This document shows, piece after piece, positions 13,843-27,210 of a DNA stretch of 64,000 bases. This stretch comes from Carcharhinus amblyrhynchos (Eukaryota). The stretch lies in contig OZ336884.1 in assembly GCA_965287045.1 (NCBI GenBank), positions 54,622,001 to 54,686,000 of the forward strand, read 5' to 3'. Below the pieces are notes generated by a model. It was given only the letters and a program-made list of their open reading frames with translations. It was not told where the DNA came from and did not search any database. The translations under genes were made by a program, and so were the position numbers. Each line of letters begins with the position of its first letter. The stretch's first letter is position 1.

Positions 13843-16734
13843 AAAATGAACAAGGATAGATTGGTCACATTTATGTACAGCCATGAAAATGTGCGTATTC
13901 AACATGAAAATAAAATTAGTTTCCTTTAGATTATCAAGATTGTGCTCTGATAAATTAGATTTGCCCATTCTTAGAATTATTCTTATACACTGTAAGTTAT
14001 TCTCCTATTTTATCCTCCTATTCTTAATTAGGGACAATATGATTATTACTCAAATAATTATATAAACTTTACTCCTTAACATGTTTCTAATTTTGCTGAT
14101 AGATTTGTTATAGACTTGTGATATGTGGAAATAAATGTGAAAATTTGCCATATTTTCAGACTTTAATTCAATTAATCTTCAATGTGAGAGGTGTTGTGAT
14201 GAAAGCAAAGGTTATTGTAATTTTAGTCTTACTTTGTGATACAACTTTAGAGTAAGTGAAGCAACTTCAGGTAGAATGCACTTTTTAAAAGATCTATACT
14301 GCAATTGTTAGGGTAGAGGTAATGTTTCAGAAGGGTGGAGGTTGTAGTTTATTCATCACCATGCCATAAATGCAGTTTTTCTGAATATCACTAAAAACAC
14401 TATCTTCTGAGTCCAAACAATTTAGGTTAAGTTGAAATATGCCTGTTAAGGTTTATATCATCATCAGCCGCACATCTATTGTGTATGCATATTTTGTCAT
14501 TTATGGCTGTATTCATTAAATATACAAATGTGAATATAGTTTATGAATTGTTCCAATGCCTTCTTCCACTTTATAACTTCTTGTTACCTGTGTTTTCTCT
14601 CCTGTCTCCTGCATCAGCTCATGCACATTTACCTTTTTGTTTGATCTGCATCTTCTCACTTCAAATCACAATGTGAGTTAAGAACCCGAAGAGTTCTGGT
14701 ACAGTAGTATGATTCAGATGTTAAGTAATCAAGCATTTCATTACAGAGTTTTAAGAATCGGACAATCCTATTTTAAAGTACCCTTTTAAGTCATTTGTGG
14801 GGCAAGGGATGTGGATGGGGGAAACAACCACCTGTGACAATGGTTTCCAAATTTTTGTATGTAGCTGGATAATTAATGTCACTGAAGTAAGTGCATAAGT
14901 ATTGAGTCTTTTCATTTATTAAATCAACTTGAGTACTTTTAAAAGCCTGCAATGAAATTTAGGATACTGAATAGTTAACTTCACTAGATGCACTAAAACA
15001 TTTCTGGCAAATGCTTTTCATATTATTAAATTTTTTTTCATTACTTAACCCTTTAACCATTTGCCGCATATCCTTAGTAGGTCACTTTGGAAATATAACT
15101 CATCTTCTCTGAAGTTGTATACATAAATGATAGTTTAATATTTCCTTTATTTATATATTGTGCAAAGATTTGCCTCAATTATTTTTATAGCATTTTGCTG
15201 CTTTTTTGGTCAGCTGCATTGTTATTTACTCTTGTTAGGAAAGCTAGGATGTGGAAGGTTTCAGTTTCGGAACTAATGAAAAATACTGTGAAAACTTTTG
15301 ATTAACTTGCTTGTTTTGATTTGTACAAAAAAAATCATTAAGTGCATCATTTAACTAGATTTCAAAATCTTAATACCTAGTTGAGAGAGAGTGCCATCAA
15401 ATCAAATAGTCTAATGTAACTGCCTGCTAAGACAAAATTGATCTAGAGCAGCAGAATGAGGCAAATTAGTGCTAATGGTTTGCTACACTTGGTATCCCAT
15501 GTTTCAGAAATGCCTGCTGAGCACTGTGAAATGAGCATGGAACAAAGCAATAGTTAAAAGATATCCAGCTATGTAATATTGCTGTGGGAATAATATGAAA
15601 AAAAACCTCATCTTCAATAGAATTCATTCTTCATCCTATTGCATTCCAGATTCTTAGGATATTTTTAGGATTCTCGCACACTTTTATGATTCTTTTGATT
15701 AAGTATTTATTTAATACAATTGCAATTGGGACAAAATTTAAGTAAGCATTATTGGAGGAGATGTTCAAAGTTGTTAAATGCATTAAATGTTTAGAATATC
15801 ACATGTTCTTTTTGGCCTTGTGCTATCTTTTTTGAGACAGTAGATTATATTTGGGAAACCACATTTAACTATTATTTGCTTCTGGCACGCTAGTATCCCT
15901 GAACTTGAGTAAAATCAAAACAATGCTCCTTGTGGATGGGAGAATCATTTTATTTCTTAATTGTGTATTTATATTTGAATATTTTGTTTAAATAAAATAA
16001 CTGAGTTATTTATTAATTTCACAAGCAACCAAGTAAATGGCTCTCTGCGTTAAATTTTTACCTATCTTTGGAGGGGAAGGTCAGCAAAAGAAACAAAGAG
16101 TTAATTTTAATTTCTGAGTCATAGTTGATTGGGTTGATGACTATAGAAGCTAGCTATTACTCCCAATTCATAGAAACTAGCTTGTATTCTTTTATTTATA
16201 GTGAGTACAGGTTTTCAGACTTCCATGAATTTAATGAGTTTTCATGATGCATTTGTACTTTTTGTAGCAATTATTGATTCCCAGGATGCCAATAGTTTCA
16301 TTTGAGTTGATGTTGCATCATATGATCTAGCGTGCTTTGAACTCAATTTTGTGCAAATGTCAAACATAATTTTCAAAAAGAGTATGTAGTGCAGCTGGGC
16401 ATCAAAAACTTCCTTTAATGTAAATCTTTAAGTAGTATGCAAATAATAAAGCTTTTTCATGAAAATATAATGCCGTTGCTTAACGATCACACACAACTTT
16501 AGACAATATGGATTTATTTCTCTTTCATGCCTGAGAATTTTAGTGCATTAGAACACACATGAGGAACAGATCTATTCTCAAATTTCATAGGTTTGAAGAC
16601 TGACAGTGAAATCTTAATGAACTGTATGTTTGTTTAACTTATTTGCATTCTAATACTTGAGTGTTGTCAGCTCAAATTAAAATACTGAAAGGTGACCAGT
16701 TACGGTTAATAAAGGAGTGGGGAGGAGTGAGAAA

Positions 16735-17560
16735 GGAGATTTATGAAGATGTTGCCAGGACTGGAAAATTTTAGCGCTGAGGAAAGATTGGAGAGGCTGG
16801 ATAAAAACAAATTTATTGCAGGTGCTAGAACCTGAAACAAAAGAACAGAGAATGCTGGAAAATCTTAGCAGGTCTGACATAGAATCACTAAAGTTCTACA
16901 GTGCACAGGGAATCCATTCAGCCCATCGCATCTGCCCTCACTCTCTGAAAATGTATCTTATCCAGCTCCCATCCTGTAACCCCACACATTTACAATGGTT
17001 AATCCACTAAACTACACATCTTTGGACACTAAGGGGCAATTTAGCATGGCCAGTTCACCTAAACTGCACATCTTTAGACTGATGAAGAGTTATCCAGACT
17101 TGGGACATTAGCTCTGTTCTTTCTTTGCAGATGCTCTCAGACATGCTGAGATTTTCCAACATTTTCTGTGATTGTGTTGGATAAGCTGGAGTTGTTTTCT
17201 TTGGAACAGAAGAGGCACAAAGGAGACTTGATTACAGTATATTAAATAATGAGGGGCCTAAATAGAGTGGATAGCAAAGACGTACTTCATTTGGTAGAGA
17301 GGTCTAAAATTATGGTGTGTAAATTTAAAGTAATTATAGAAAGATTAAAAAGAAGTTGAGAATTTTTTTCACCCAGAGGGTGAACACTGCCTGAAAGGGT
17401 GTCGAGGCAGAAACTCTCATTGCGTTTAGAAAGTATTTGGTTATGCACTTGAAGTGCTGTGATTGACCAAGCTATAGATCAAGAACTAGAAGGTGGGATT
17501 GGGCTGGATAAGTTTTCTTTGGCCAGCAAAGGCATGGTGGACCTAATGGCTTTCTGTATT
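16735..17560 (+). mobile_element. CR1 3' fragment interrupted by a PLE foldback plus SINE insertion
   Basis: GATGTTGCCAGGACTGG...GAAAGATTGG continues after 17177 into a CR1 3' end (TTTTTCACCCAGAGGG). Confidence 0.7.
16801..17176. mobile_element. Family A PLE foldback with a V-SINE fragment (about 16878-17079, -) between the arms
   Basis: Inverted arms CAGAGAATGCTGGAAAATCTTAGCAGGTCTGA and CAGACATGCTGAGATTTTCCAACATTTTCTG. Decayed hammerhead CTGATGAAGAG... at 17079. TSD TTGGA(G/T)A(G/A)GCTGG at 16788-16800 and 17177-17189. Confidence 0.7.
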
Positions 17561-17888
17561 GCAACTGTCTCTGAGATCAAGATATTTTCTACTTGTGTTA
17601 CTATTCTCACCCTTTTCTATATTACCTAATAAAGTCCACGTAGCAAAGGAGTTTGCAAACAGTTTCTTTTCCTACAATCACCTATTCAGAACAGTATTGG
17701 ACCACAGCAGTTGTATAGAACGTGTAATGGAGCTAAGTAGTCTCAAGTATTTTTTCAGTGTATTTTGCAGTATGCATGAAATTATTTAAAAAATTGAATA
17801 TTAGTCATTATGTTTCCATTAACCCTGGAACAGGAGGGTTTTAAAAAAATTCTACACTTATAAATTTCTAGTGTTTTATATTTTGTAG

Positions 17889-17990
17889 GTACAAAATTTG
17901 GAGCCAAGTGATCACTATGTATGTTTGAAGTTTACAGTGGACAATCACATTCAATATTTTATACCAAAGCAAGAGGATATTCATGAACTG
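17889..17990 (+). CDS. TIAM1: TIAM1-like coding exon (Ras-binding domain)
   Basis: ttttgtag| ... CTG|gtaggt; 102 nt, phase 0-0. Encodes VQNLEPSDHYVCLKFTVDNHIQYFIPKQEDIHEL, compared with TIAM1 HYLRLKFLIENKMQLYVPQPEEDIYEL. Absent from the ORF track. Confidence 0.9.
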
Positions 17991-19395
17991 GTAGGTAACC
18001 TGAGTCTAGGTTTACACAACTGCGGAATGGTTATCAGCAATTTATGATTATGTGCAGATGAGAGTTCTTGACAATGTGGCATGCAAATTTTGAATCATAG
18101 AAATATTACAGGAATAAAGGTTTTCTTTGTCATTGATTAAATTCTAAGAATATTAAACCAAGGAACGTTTGGAAACCTATTTATTATCTGCCACATTTAG
18201 TTTTTTTAACTTTAGTTGTGTGTATATCCCACAAAAAAGTCACTGATGAACAAATGACTTTTTAATGAAACATTGTTACTAGTCTGTTTTGATTATGAAC
18301 CCTATCTTCTCACCTTTGTCTTGTTTTTGAGTCTTTAAGACCAAGACCAAGATCAAAATCAATTGGTATAAGAGGGAAGGTGCTCATTTAAAGAAGAAAT
18401 ACATGGTTACTCCATTCCCTATGGAAGGGAACAACTTAAAAAAAGAGTCCCTCATCCTCAGGGTTTGAGCCAGGATTTAGAGCCTCATTCCTCAGGTGAC
18501 TCTCACCTGAGCCATTTGAATTGCTTGTTTGCCTGTTTTGGCATTTGAATGCTGATCCTGCCCTGATCTACTATTAGGTCAGGAATGTGGGTACTTCCAG
18601 TGTAGGTATTCAAAGGCTCTTAGTCAACTAGCTATGTGAGGGGTGAGTGTAAGCTTCTTTGCTGACCAGGCTCAGAAAAATACCACCCTTGAAGTGGGAT
18701 GCAGCATATGGCTGCAGCTTAATTTCAAGCCCTTCTTCTGCAATCCAGCTGGAGTGAGTTCCCTGATTTCTTTGAATGTTTTGCAGTGCAAGGCTGTGGT
18801 CGACTATAAAATGATAGCACTTTGATGCTGGAGTTGAAATGATATTAATGGGAGATGTATGTTGTGTCAAGCATGGATTGAGGTCAAAATTATTCAGTTC
18901 TCTTTCTCCACCTAGTATGAAGTATGAAGAAAAGCACACTAAACAATGTCAAGTGCTATCAAGTAGGTGCAGGAAACATGCCCTGAAGATTGATCTGTGT
19001 AGATTCTATTGGAATTTTTCTAGAACGGATGGGATGCAATGTTGTAAAACAATGGAATGTGTTTGCTTTCTGTTACTTTTATATTTAGCTTTTATATTTT
19101 GAGAGATACCTATCCAATAGGTTTTGTTGGTTATATAAGTTATATGAATAAAGCTGAAAACAAGAGTCCAGATGAGGATGGTTTAAAAAATTAAATTTAG
19201 AAATGATTGTCTTGACAATGCTAATTTTGGAAGATGTTCATTTGATATTCATGTGTAATTTCCAGCAGTAAATTAGATAACCTATAACATTAGAAATTTA
19301 TGTTCATTAAATGCGCATTGATAAATACTTCAATTGTAATTATTCTGAAGCAGTTTCTCTGTTTTGAAATTGACAAAAATATTTTGTTTTCTCAG

Positions 19396-19474
19396 TTATA
19401 CCAAGAAATTGAAATTTGTCCTAAAGTTATTCATCGTGTTCAGTTTGACAAGTCTGATACTTCTGTTAGTTATG
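19396..19474 (+). CDS. TIAM1: TIAM1-like coding exon (RBD end and PDZ start)
   Basis: ttttctcag| ... TATG|gtaaga; 79 nt, phase 0-1. Encodes LYQEIEICPKVIHRVQFDKSDTSVSY, compared with TIAM1 LYKEIEICPKVTQSIHIEKSD. Confidence 0.93.
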
Positions 19475-20287
19475 GTAAGACTGTGCAAAATGCTGAAATA
19501 TAAATAAATGTATGCACAGATTTCCACAAATATTTCTATTCATCAATTGTGATTTTATTTTGCTTTGTTATTTTGGTAGCATTGGCAACCTGCTTTAAAA
19601 GAAAATATGAAATTTTCCTAACATTTGTGCAAGTGGTCCACGTTGCAAAATTCTTAAGACAGTCAGAGGCTGAGTTATTTGTTTCAATGTGACTTTGAGA
19701 TCATGATATGATTAGAGGCTCGGCTATATACAATGTAAATTGAAATTGTACAATTTATCTCCACTGATTTTGTGCAAAAATGCCTCCTGGTTGTTTTGTT
19801 AAAATGCTTGAACTGTTTCATTTTTGAAAGCAAACATTGACTTTGAATTAACTGGAGTAGACAACTGTGTTGATCATATTTTCCTACAACATTTTTCCCC
19901 TGGAATTTTTGGTTTGCCCGTTTACTGGCCAGCCAGATTCTTCTTCTGTAAGAACAGGAAGTATGCTGCCAGAACCCAGCCAGCTTGCTTGCTGAGTTGT
20001 ATTTGCTTACTTCAAGGTATTTGGCACTAACTTGGAAATAACTTCTTAGTTTCTTCCCTTACTCTGGACTGAGATTCGATCTTTAGTAGGGATTAAGCTT
20101 GTGTCCCTAGTCTTCCAATATCCACTGTGTTCCTGTCTATCACACCACTTGCTTTCAACTTTGGAATTAGGTATTAGTAGCATTAGTTGCTACATGTTAG
20201 TATATTAGTTTATGATAATGTAATTGTATACTTTGAAAGAATAGTAGTTTATTTCAAGGCGATCAGATACTGGACACCTTCAGACAT

Positions 20288-20430
20288 GACGCCAGCGTTG
20301 GACTGGGGTAAACACAGTAAGAAGTCTGACAACACCAGGTTTAAGTCCAACCAATTTATTCGATAGTAAACTCAAATAACTATCAAATAAATTGGCTGGA
20401 CTTAAACCTGGTGTTGTTAGACTTCTTACT
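20288..20430. mobile_element. Family B PLE minimal foldback
   Basis: Inverted arms of about 52 bp (20316-20367 and 20379-20430) with an unpaired tail on the left. Perfect 12-bp TSD ACCTTCAGACAT at 20276-20287 and 20431-20442. Confidence 0.85.
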
Positions 20431-20529
20431 ACCTTCAGACATCCCATTCATGGCTAATTAATTGACATGTGGGCCTTGACTACTTTATTTATTTTTTATT
20501 TGTTTGTGAAACGTAAACACTGTACAAAC

Positions 20530-21321
20530 ACAATAACATTCACTCCAGCAGGGTTTGCAATACCTTCCTGCAAACGGGGAGCTGATGGTCTGACCCTGTT
20601 GGAGTGAAGGACGGCCATGAAGGCCTTGCCCCCAAAGTGTCGGGGAAATGGGTGGGTACTCCCTTGACTTTGCTAATTTGGCATTGCCACCCTGGCCCCT
20701 TGACGCTCCCCAAGGGGCAAAATGGCAATGCCCAGGAGGCACTGTGGCACTCCCCACCAAGCATTGGGCAGTGACAAGGGGGTGGAGCCTCATTGCAGAG
20801 GGGCCTATAGGGGCAGGGCCCCTGGGAGTGATTGGTGGGGGAGGTGGGCCCCGCAGCCACTCTTCACTCGGTGGCGACAGAGGCAGGGAGACCAGCGATT
20901 TGGGGCTGACCACCAGGGTTGAGGGGGATTGGGGGAGGGTCAAGGCAGCTCAGGTGTAGGGGTGGTGAGTTGGGGCTGGCCTATACATGTCTGAGAGCAC
21001 AGTGATTAAAGGGTGGGAGGGTCAGAAGGGTAGCATTGCGAGATTGTGGGGCAATTGGGAGGCCAGCAATGTGAAACTGCTCCACATGTGCCAATCTTGG
21101 CGCTGTCAGATCGGTGCATGCACAGTGGCCCATTTAGCGCTATCAAGTCAGCCTCTCCAGCAGGTATAGGCCCGCCCCCTGATTTTTAACGAGATTCATG
21201 CTGGGGCTCTCAATGATGCACAAGTGTGAGAGCTTAATTTTGTAAATCCCACTGAAAAAAAAGTGATTTACTCCAGTTTTTACACACATTCAAAACAGAG
21301 TTTTTTTGGAAAAATCCCACT
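20530..21321 (-). mobile_element. GC-rich non-autonomous DNA transposon (Harbinger-like MITE family), truncated
   Basis: Reverse-complement homology to 22730-23668 and 27885-28810 (AAAACTGGAGTAAATCAC...TTTCAGTGGGA). The GC-rich ORFs here are by-products. Confidence 0.7.
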
Positions 21322-22729
21322 CCATGTTTTTTTGATTTGGGTGAAGGGAATACTTTACTTCAAATTGCTATTAGTCAAGTTATTAGCAATTAACAATATA
21401 AAGGGATATTGGGAAATAGAGTACCAGTTACAACGCTGTGGTTTCCATGATTCTTTATAGCAGAAGAAAAAGTAACCACTATGTGGTGCTGCAGAATAAT
21501 TGTCTCAATTATGAACGCTTTAGTTATCAACATTGAACAAGAAAGAAGAACTAAATTTTAAACTTTAAAATACAAGTGGTCTCCAGTTTAGTTATTCAAA
21601 AAATATCAGTTGATTTGTGGTGCACTAATTCATATGTTAGCTGTGCTAGCATGAATTGCTGAGTAATGCCGACTTCAGGAATTCCGCAGTTAAGAGCGGG
21701 GAAAATCAGTCGAGGTTCTATCCCTGTTTGTAAAATTTTAAGGTTTCGAGTATAAAACTTCTGATTAAAATCTCTAAATTCCAAATTCCTAATTTGGTAC
21801 TTAGAGATTTAACACTAAACACTAACTTAACACTAGGGCCCTCTGTTGTACCTGATTGAATAAGGTACGACTAACTAGTACTTATGAATTCAGTAGAAAT
21901 TATTAAACAACATTTGCATATACTTAACTAAAAACAGCGAAGCAGCATGGAGGTTCTTGTCCCTCAACACTGATCTTTTGCTTTAATTCCCCAAATCCTT
22001 GATTCTGAGATCAGAATTTCTATCTGGATTGGAAGAGTTTGTTTTGAGTCAGTGAGTGAACAACTAAGTGAGAAGAATAATGCATTAACAATCCTTGTTT
22101 CCTCTTTCCAATTTGATTGTGAATGTTTCAAATGTTAAATGGGATATTGGAATCCCACAGTATTGATGGTGTGGTTGCTGGAACTGACTTCTGCAGGCAG
22201 AGTAGTTCATTGTTCGGGTAGTTGCCGGAACTAACTGTTGGGGGGTGGAGGATGACAACGTTCTGGGAGAAGTGGCATACTGGTAATGATTGAATCTCTT
22301 TGTCCTCTCAAAGCAGTGTTTGGGAGGAAGTGGAGTGCTGGTAATGATTGTTTTGAGGGAGCAAAGAGACTCAGTGTTTGGGGGGAAGTGGGGAGGTGGG
22401 TGCTGGCATTGATTGCTGGGGGGGAAGGAGAGGTGCCAGTGCTGGATCTGAGTCTGAACTTGGGGGGGTGGGGCGGGGGAGAGCCAATTTTGATCGGGGT
22501 CATGAAGGGGAGTCCCTCAGACCTCTGTGGTGGGCTGGGGGGAAATTTGTTCATGTTCTCATCAGAATGCCCTTTGCACATGGCACTCCGATTTTAATGA
22601 AGCCAGGCTTTGCCAGTGTGTTTAAGCCCCAAAGCCCTATATGACAACATGAAACACACCCAACTATTTCTTTGTGACTGTGAGATCTGGAGAGAAAACT
22701 GATGTGTTTCTCTGGCGACAAACACTCTG

Positions 22730-23668
22730 GCAGTGATTCTCCCAAAAAAATTCAGAGTGTTTAATTCATGTGAAAACTTGACGAAATCACATTGTGTTTT
22801 TTTCAGTGTGAGTTCAAAAATGAATCTCCTGCCTTCTGTGCACGAGTGTGAATTGTGCGAATAATCAGTGGGTGGGGCCTATTCCCACCTGGGAGGCTGA
22901 GCGAGTCTCTGCGCATGTGCTGATCTGTCAGTGTGAAGATCGGCGCATGCTCAGTGGGCCCTGTCTGTGGGCCTCCCAATGGCTGGCCAGTTTAATTGCT
23001 GGCCCAATCACTGGCCCCTCCATGTGTGTCAAGGCCCCACTCCCAACCCATCTCAATCACTGCTCGATTATCCATTCAACGTCCCACCCTGCTGGCTAGC
23101 CCCGATCATTGACCTCCCTCCCTCTGCTTGTGATCTGTATGCAGAGTGGCAGCCAGACCCCCCCATGATCGCCCCCAGAGGCTCTGCCCCCTGAGCATTA
23201 CCACTTTGCTCCTTGGGCAGTGCCAGGGGACATGGCTGGCACTGCCAGGGTGCCAAAGCCCAGGGTCACCCCCAACCCATCCCCACACTTGATCTCTAGG
23301 GATCTCTTGATTGCCCCTTCCCTTCAATCCAGTCAGGTGGGGCCACTAACTCCCTGAAAGTAGAGACCTGCTGTAATCCCTCTGGAGTGAAATACTCCAG
23401 TGGGCCTGGAGACCTTAGTCCTAGGTCCAGTAATTATATTTAAATTAGATTTGCATGCTCCTTTGCATGCTTAATGGAGCTCTGTGCCTATTTCCGGTGC
23501 AGAACTGACAGCATTGGAAATCTGGCTCTAGGAGACGCACTCTGGGCCAGACGCTTGGTGCGGATCACTCTAATCCAGCACCGCTGAAATCTCCCAGATG
23601 GGAGAATTGTCCCTTCTGTTTTTCTCACTGCAACCAACACTCTGCCAAATTCTGGTAAGATTGCCCCC
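22730..23668 (+). mobile_element. Near full-length GC-rich MITE (PIF/Harbinger-like)
   Basis: Imperfect inverted termini GGCAGTGATTCTCCC and GGTAAGATTGCCCCC. Same family as the 20.5 and 27.9 kb copies. Superfamily inferred only from the G-rich TIR start. Confidence 0.65.
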
Positions 23669-25099
23669 AATTAGTCAGGAGCAATATTCCCCCTAAAATG
23701 CTTAAGTGCACCTGGTTGTGCAGTAATCTAGAATGTGCCGTACATTGAAATAAACAACCTCTTCTGCTCTTTGGGAGAAATTTCCAGCAGAGTAAGTCAT
23801 GACCTTTAAAAACTAAAAGGCCTATGGCCAAAATGCTCAAAGGAGTTTGTCATCTGCCAAGAATAAAAAAAATTTAGAAGAAACATTGGCCACCAGTCAT
23901 TTAAGACTCATCCAGCACTGGAGTACGTCATTGTGGCGAAACCAAACAAGACTGGAGTAATTCAAATGTGCCCTACCTATTTCTACCAGCATAAGATAGC
24001 CACAAGATTTACAATTTAGTAGTGCCATTACCTGCACCTGATCTAGGTTTGTGTTGGGTGATTGTGAAATTTGTCTTTTTAGGTGAATATAGTGATGATG
24101 GATCCAGCATCTTTTTCAGAACCTCTTGGAAAGATTTGTCAGTGCTGGGTGGAGGAGGCACTGGAGCTGCCCCACTCAACTTTTCAAGAGTTTGCTGACA
24201 TCTAACCAGGAATTGCCAACAAACATACATGTTCTTAACAGCTTATTCAATGTCAAACAAGGAGAAAACTGTACTACGGATCTGCACTGGCATGTGATCG
24301 CCCCTCCAGTTCGCATTCCAGCACTCTGCTGCTCTTCCTTCAATTTGTCCTTCCCTCCAGGCTTACCCGAGGGCAGTCGACACTGAGACAAGTGGCCTAA
24401 ATTCCATCTGGTCACATAATGGCACTGCTTCTTGGAGGCCTGGCAAACTCAGAATTAATTTCTGTTGAGGAAGCTTGCTGTGATTTCCTTGTTTAGTCAT
24501 GTGCTGGAATCATGTATGATTCACCCACAGGTATAATTAGTGTAGTCTCCCAAGTGTCAAGGTAAGCTCCCATTATTTGGATGTCTGCCAGTACCTCATT
24601 AAAAAACACCTCAATCACGACTTCAGTTGTATCATTACACAGTCTGAGTACCTTCTGATGTGTGGAGCTGCTTTCTGAATGATATTTAATTTGCTGTCTG
24701 GACTCAAAGATCGACCTTTGTACACCAACTTCCATTAATGCTATTATCAAATAGATACGTCACTGAGCAATTATCCTTCACCAAGAAGCTTTGTTTTCAC
24801 TTGTGTGGACACGAGATTTCCCATGCAATAAGATTGACATAGATTCATTTCTTTGTCAGTATAACAGGCAGAACACAACATCTGTGGTGAATGTCATTTT
24901 GAACAAAACATCTTTGTGTTTATAGACAATTTGACATTATTATCAAATCCACATAATTGCTGTTTCAGTTGTTATAGAAAGGTTTTTACGACATTGATTT
25001 TGTTCAGAAACTCAAAGTGGAGAGTTGCTGGAAGTGGAGATGAAGGTATTTCTTACTGTCCTATTTCCCAGGCTCCTCACCAAATTGGATAACGCCACG

Positions 25100-26345
25100 T
25101 TTCATTACATGCTCTCACCCACTCACACAATGTGTTTAAATCTTTCTGAAACCTCTTTGTATCATTTTCTGCTTATTTTATCACCTAACATTGTACCAAA
25201 CTTGGATGCATTACATTAGGTTCCCTCATCTAAAACAATATAAATTGTGGAATAGCTGAGCGTACACATCCTTGTAACACATTGCTAGTTACATCCCACC
25301 AACCTGAAAATGCCCTGTTTATGCCTACTCGCTACTTTCTGTCTAGTAACTCCTCAGTCCATATTAATGTATTACCCCCAGTCCCATGTGATCTAACTTT
25401 GTGTGTGGCACCTTATCAGATGCTTTGTGAAAGTACAAATACAGTATGTCCACTAGCCTATTCATTGCCCTTTATCCATTCAATTAGTTGCATCTCAAAA
25501 AAACACCTGTTGTCTCTGCTTAATCATGTTATGATTTTCTAAGTACATTGTTACCACATGCCTAATAGATTCTAGCATTCTGCCTGCTCCTGATGTTGGG
25601 CTAACTGATTTATAGTCTGCTGATATGTCTTTTTCTCCTGTCTTAAAAAGCAGGGTTATATTTGCTATCTTGGAAATTGTTCCAATCTGTAAGGAATTCT
25701 GTCAAATCAAAGCCAATGCAACTACTATTTCTGCAGCTACCTCTAGTAAAACCTTAAGATCCATGTTGTCAGATGCAGGGGATTTATCATCACTTAGTCT
25801 CAAAAGTTTCTTCAGTACTTATACTGACTTCTTTAAATTCCTCATTCTCGCTGAAGTCTTGTTTCTGTGTTGTTTTGGAATGGTTTTCGTACATTTCACT
25901 GTGAAGAAGATTTGTCCATTATTTCTGCCATCCCCTTATTTCCCATTATAATTTCACCTGTCCCTGCCTCTTTTTTGGCACTCATTTTCTTTCACTAATC
26001 TCTTCCTGTTTACATACTTATAGGAATGTTTAAAATCTGTCCTTCTTGTCTCTTTCCCTTATCAAGTTCTTGACCCTCTTTTCATGAAATCTTAACTTCA
26101 GTCAATCCTCAGGCCTACTTTTTTGACAACAATATAAGCCTCTTTCCTTGACCTAATACTATCTTTTGCTCCTTCTGTTAGTCACGATTGTACCACTTTT
26201 TCTGTGAATTGTATCTTTCGATGCTAGCCGTTGCTTGTCTATTAACATATTTTTCAATGGCGTTTCCCAATATAGTTTCATCAACTCATCCCTCTTACCT
26301 ACATAGTTTTCTTTATTTAGATTTAAAACCCTAGTTTTCAGACTT
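25100..26345 (-). mobile_element. Degenerate CR1 LINE ORF2 fragments
   Basis: Peptide remnant RVLNLNKENYVGKRDELMKLYWE and other CR1-type antisense sequence. Confidence 0.7.
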
Positions 26346-26551
26346 GCGGAGCAGGAAAGACCCAATATCTCATTCACATTCGCATTTTCCATTATTGCCT
26401 GAGTGGAAAAGTAGTATGACAATCATTGTGAGTGAGATCTCCAAGCCTGCTCCACACTGTCTCCGCTCCTCCACTCAAAAGAAGAGTTCAAAAAATTAGA
26501 TGCATATATGAGTTCAGTTACGTAAGGATTACAATTTGTAGAGTCGATTGC

Positions 26552-26858
26552 GTAGCATGTTGGCACAGTGGTTAGCACTGAGGTATCACAGCACCAGGGA
26601 CCCAAGTTTGATTCCAGCCTGTCTTGATTCTGTCTGTGAATTTTGCATGTTCTCCCTGTGTCTCCGTGGGTTTCCACTGGGTACTGTGGTTTCCTCCCAC
26701 AGTCCGAAGTTGGGTGGTTTAGGTAGATTGACCATGGTGGATGTGTGGGGTTATGGGGATAAGGCAGAGATGAAGGCCTGGGTGGGATGCTCCTTCGAAA
26801 TGTCGGTGTGAACTCAATAGGCTGGATGGCCTTTCTCTGCATGGTAGGAATTCTATGA
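26552..26858 (+). mobile_element. HE1-type V-SINE
   Basis: GGCACAGTGGTTAGCACTG head, V-domain, tail GGAATTCTATGATT. Confidence 0.85.
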
Positions 26859-27120
26859 TTAACTTTAACTCAGCTACAAGCAAACAGTGCAGATAGGCAT
26901 GGCAATGTGCTTTTACCAATATGTGCAACGTGAAAAATAGGCCATACAAACCTTCCCACTGAAGCAAGTCTGTAGTTGATTAATTAGTCCAGGCCTCTGG
27001 AATAATAGACCAGTAAGATAACCAGTACACTACCGTGTTTCTATGTTTATTAAAGTTTTCGTTCGTTTTTCAGCAGGGTTTAACTTTATTTATATTATCT
27101 GTATCTCTTTTTCTGTTTAG

Positions 27121-27210
27121 GATTTTGTGTGTCATTAGTTGAAGAAGAGGGATCACATCAACAGATGATTATCACTGATGTAAAAGAAGGTGGTCTGGCT
27201 TCATCTAAAG
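27121..27210 (+). CDS. TIAM1: TIAM1-like coding exon (PDZ)
   Basis: Polypyrimidine tract ending tttag| ... AAAG|gtaatc; 90 nt, phase 1-1. Encodes (G)FCVSLVEEEGSHQQMIITDVKEGGLASSK, compared with TIAM1 GFSLSSVEEDGIRRLYVNSVKETGLASKK. Confidence 0.92.

Noticed and set aside
20288-20430. Foldbacks interpreted as DNA-transposon MITEs, or as CRISPR-like repeats
   Set aside because: Asymmetric tails, 12-16 bp TSDs and linkage to a GIY-YIG ORF indicate PLE origin. There is no repeat-spacer array.
20485-20959. Overlapping 100-150 aa Pro/Gly-rich ORFs on both strands (also at 22.2-23.3, 28.4-29.0 and 40.5-41.0 kb)
   Set aside because: They lie in GC-rich MITE or SINE sequence where stops are rare. No domain and no splice support.
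24000-24950. Possible decayed transposon ORF on the minus strand
   Set aside because: No motif I could identify with confidence; needs a profile search.
26552-26625. tRNA-like sequences with A/B boxes (also at 13.8, 37.0, 40.8 and 60.2 kb)
   Set aside because: These are heads of V-SINEs, not tRNA genes.
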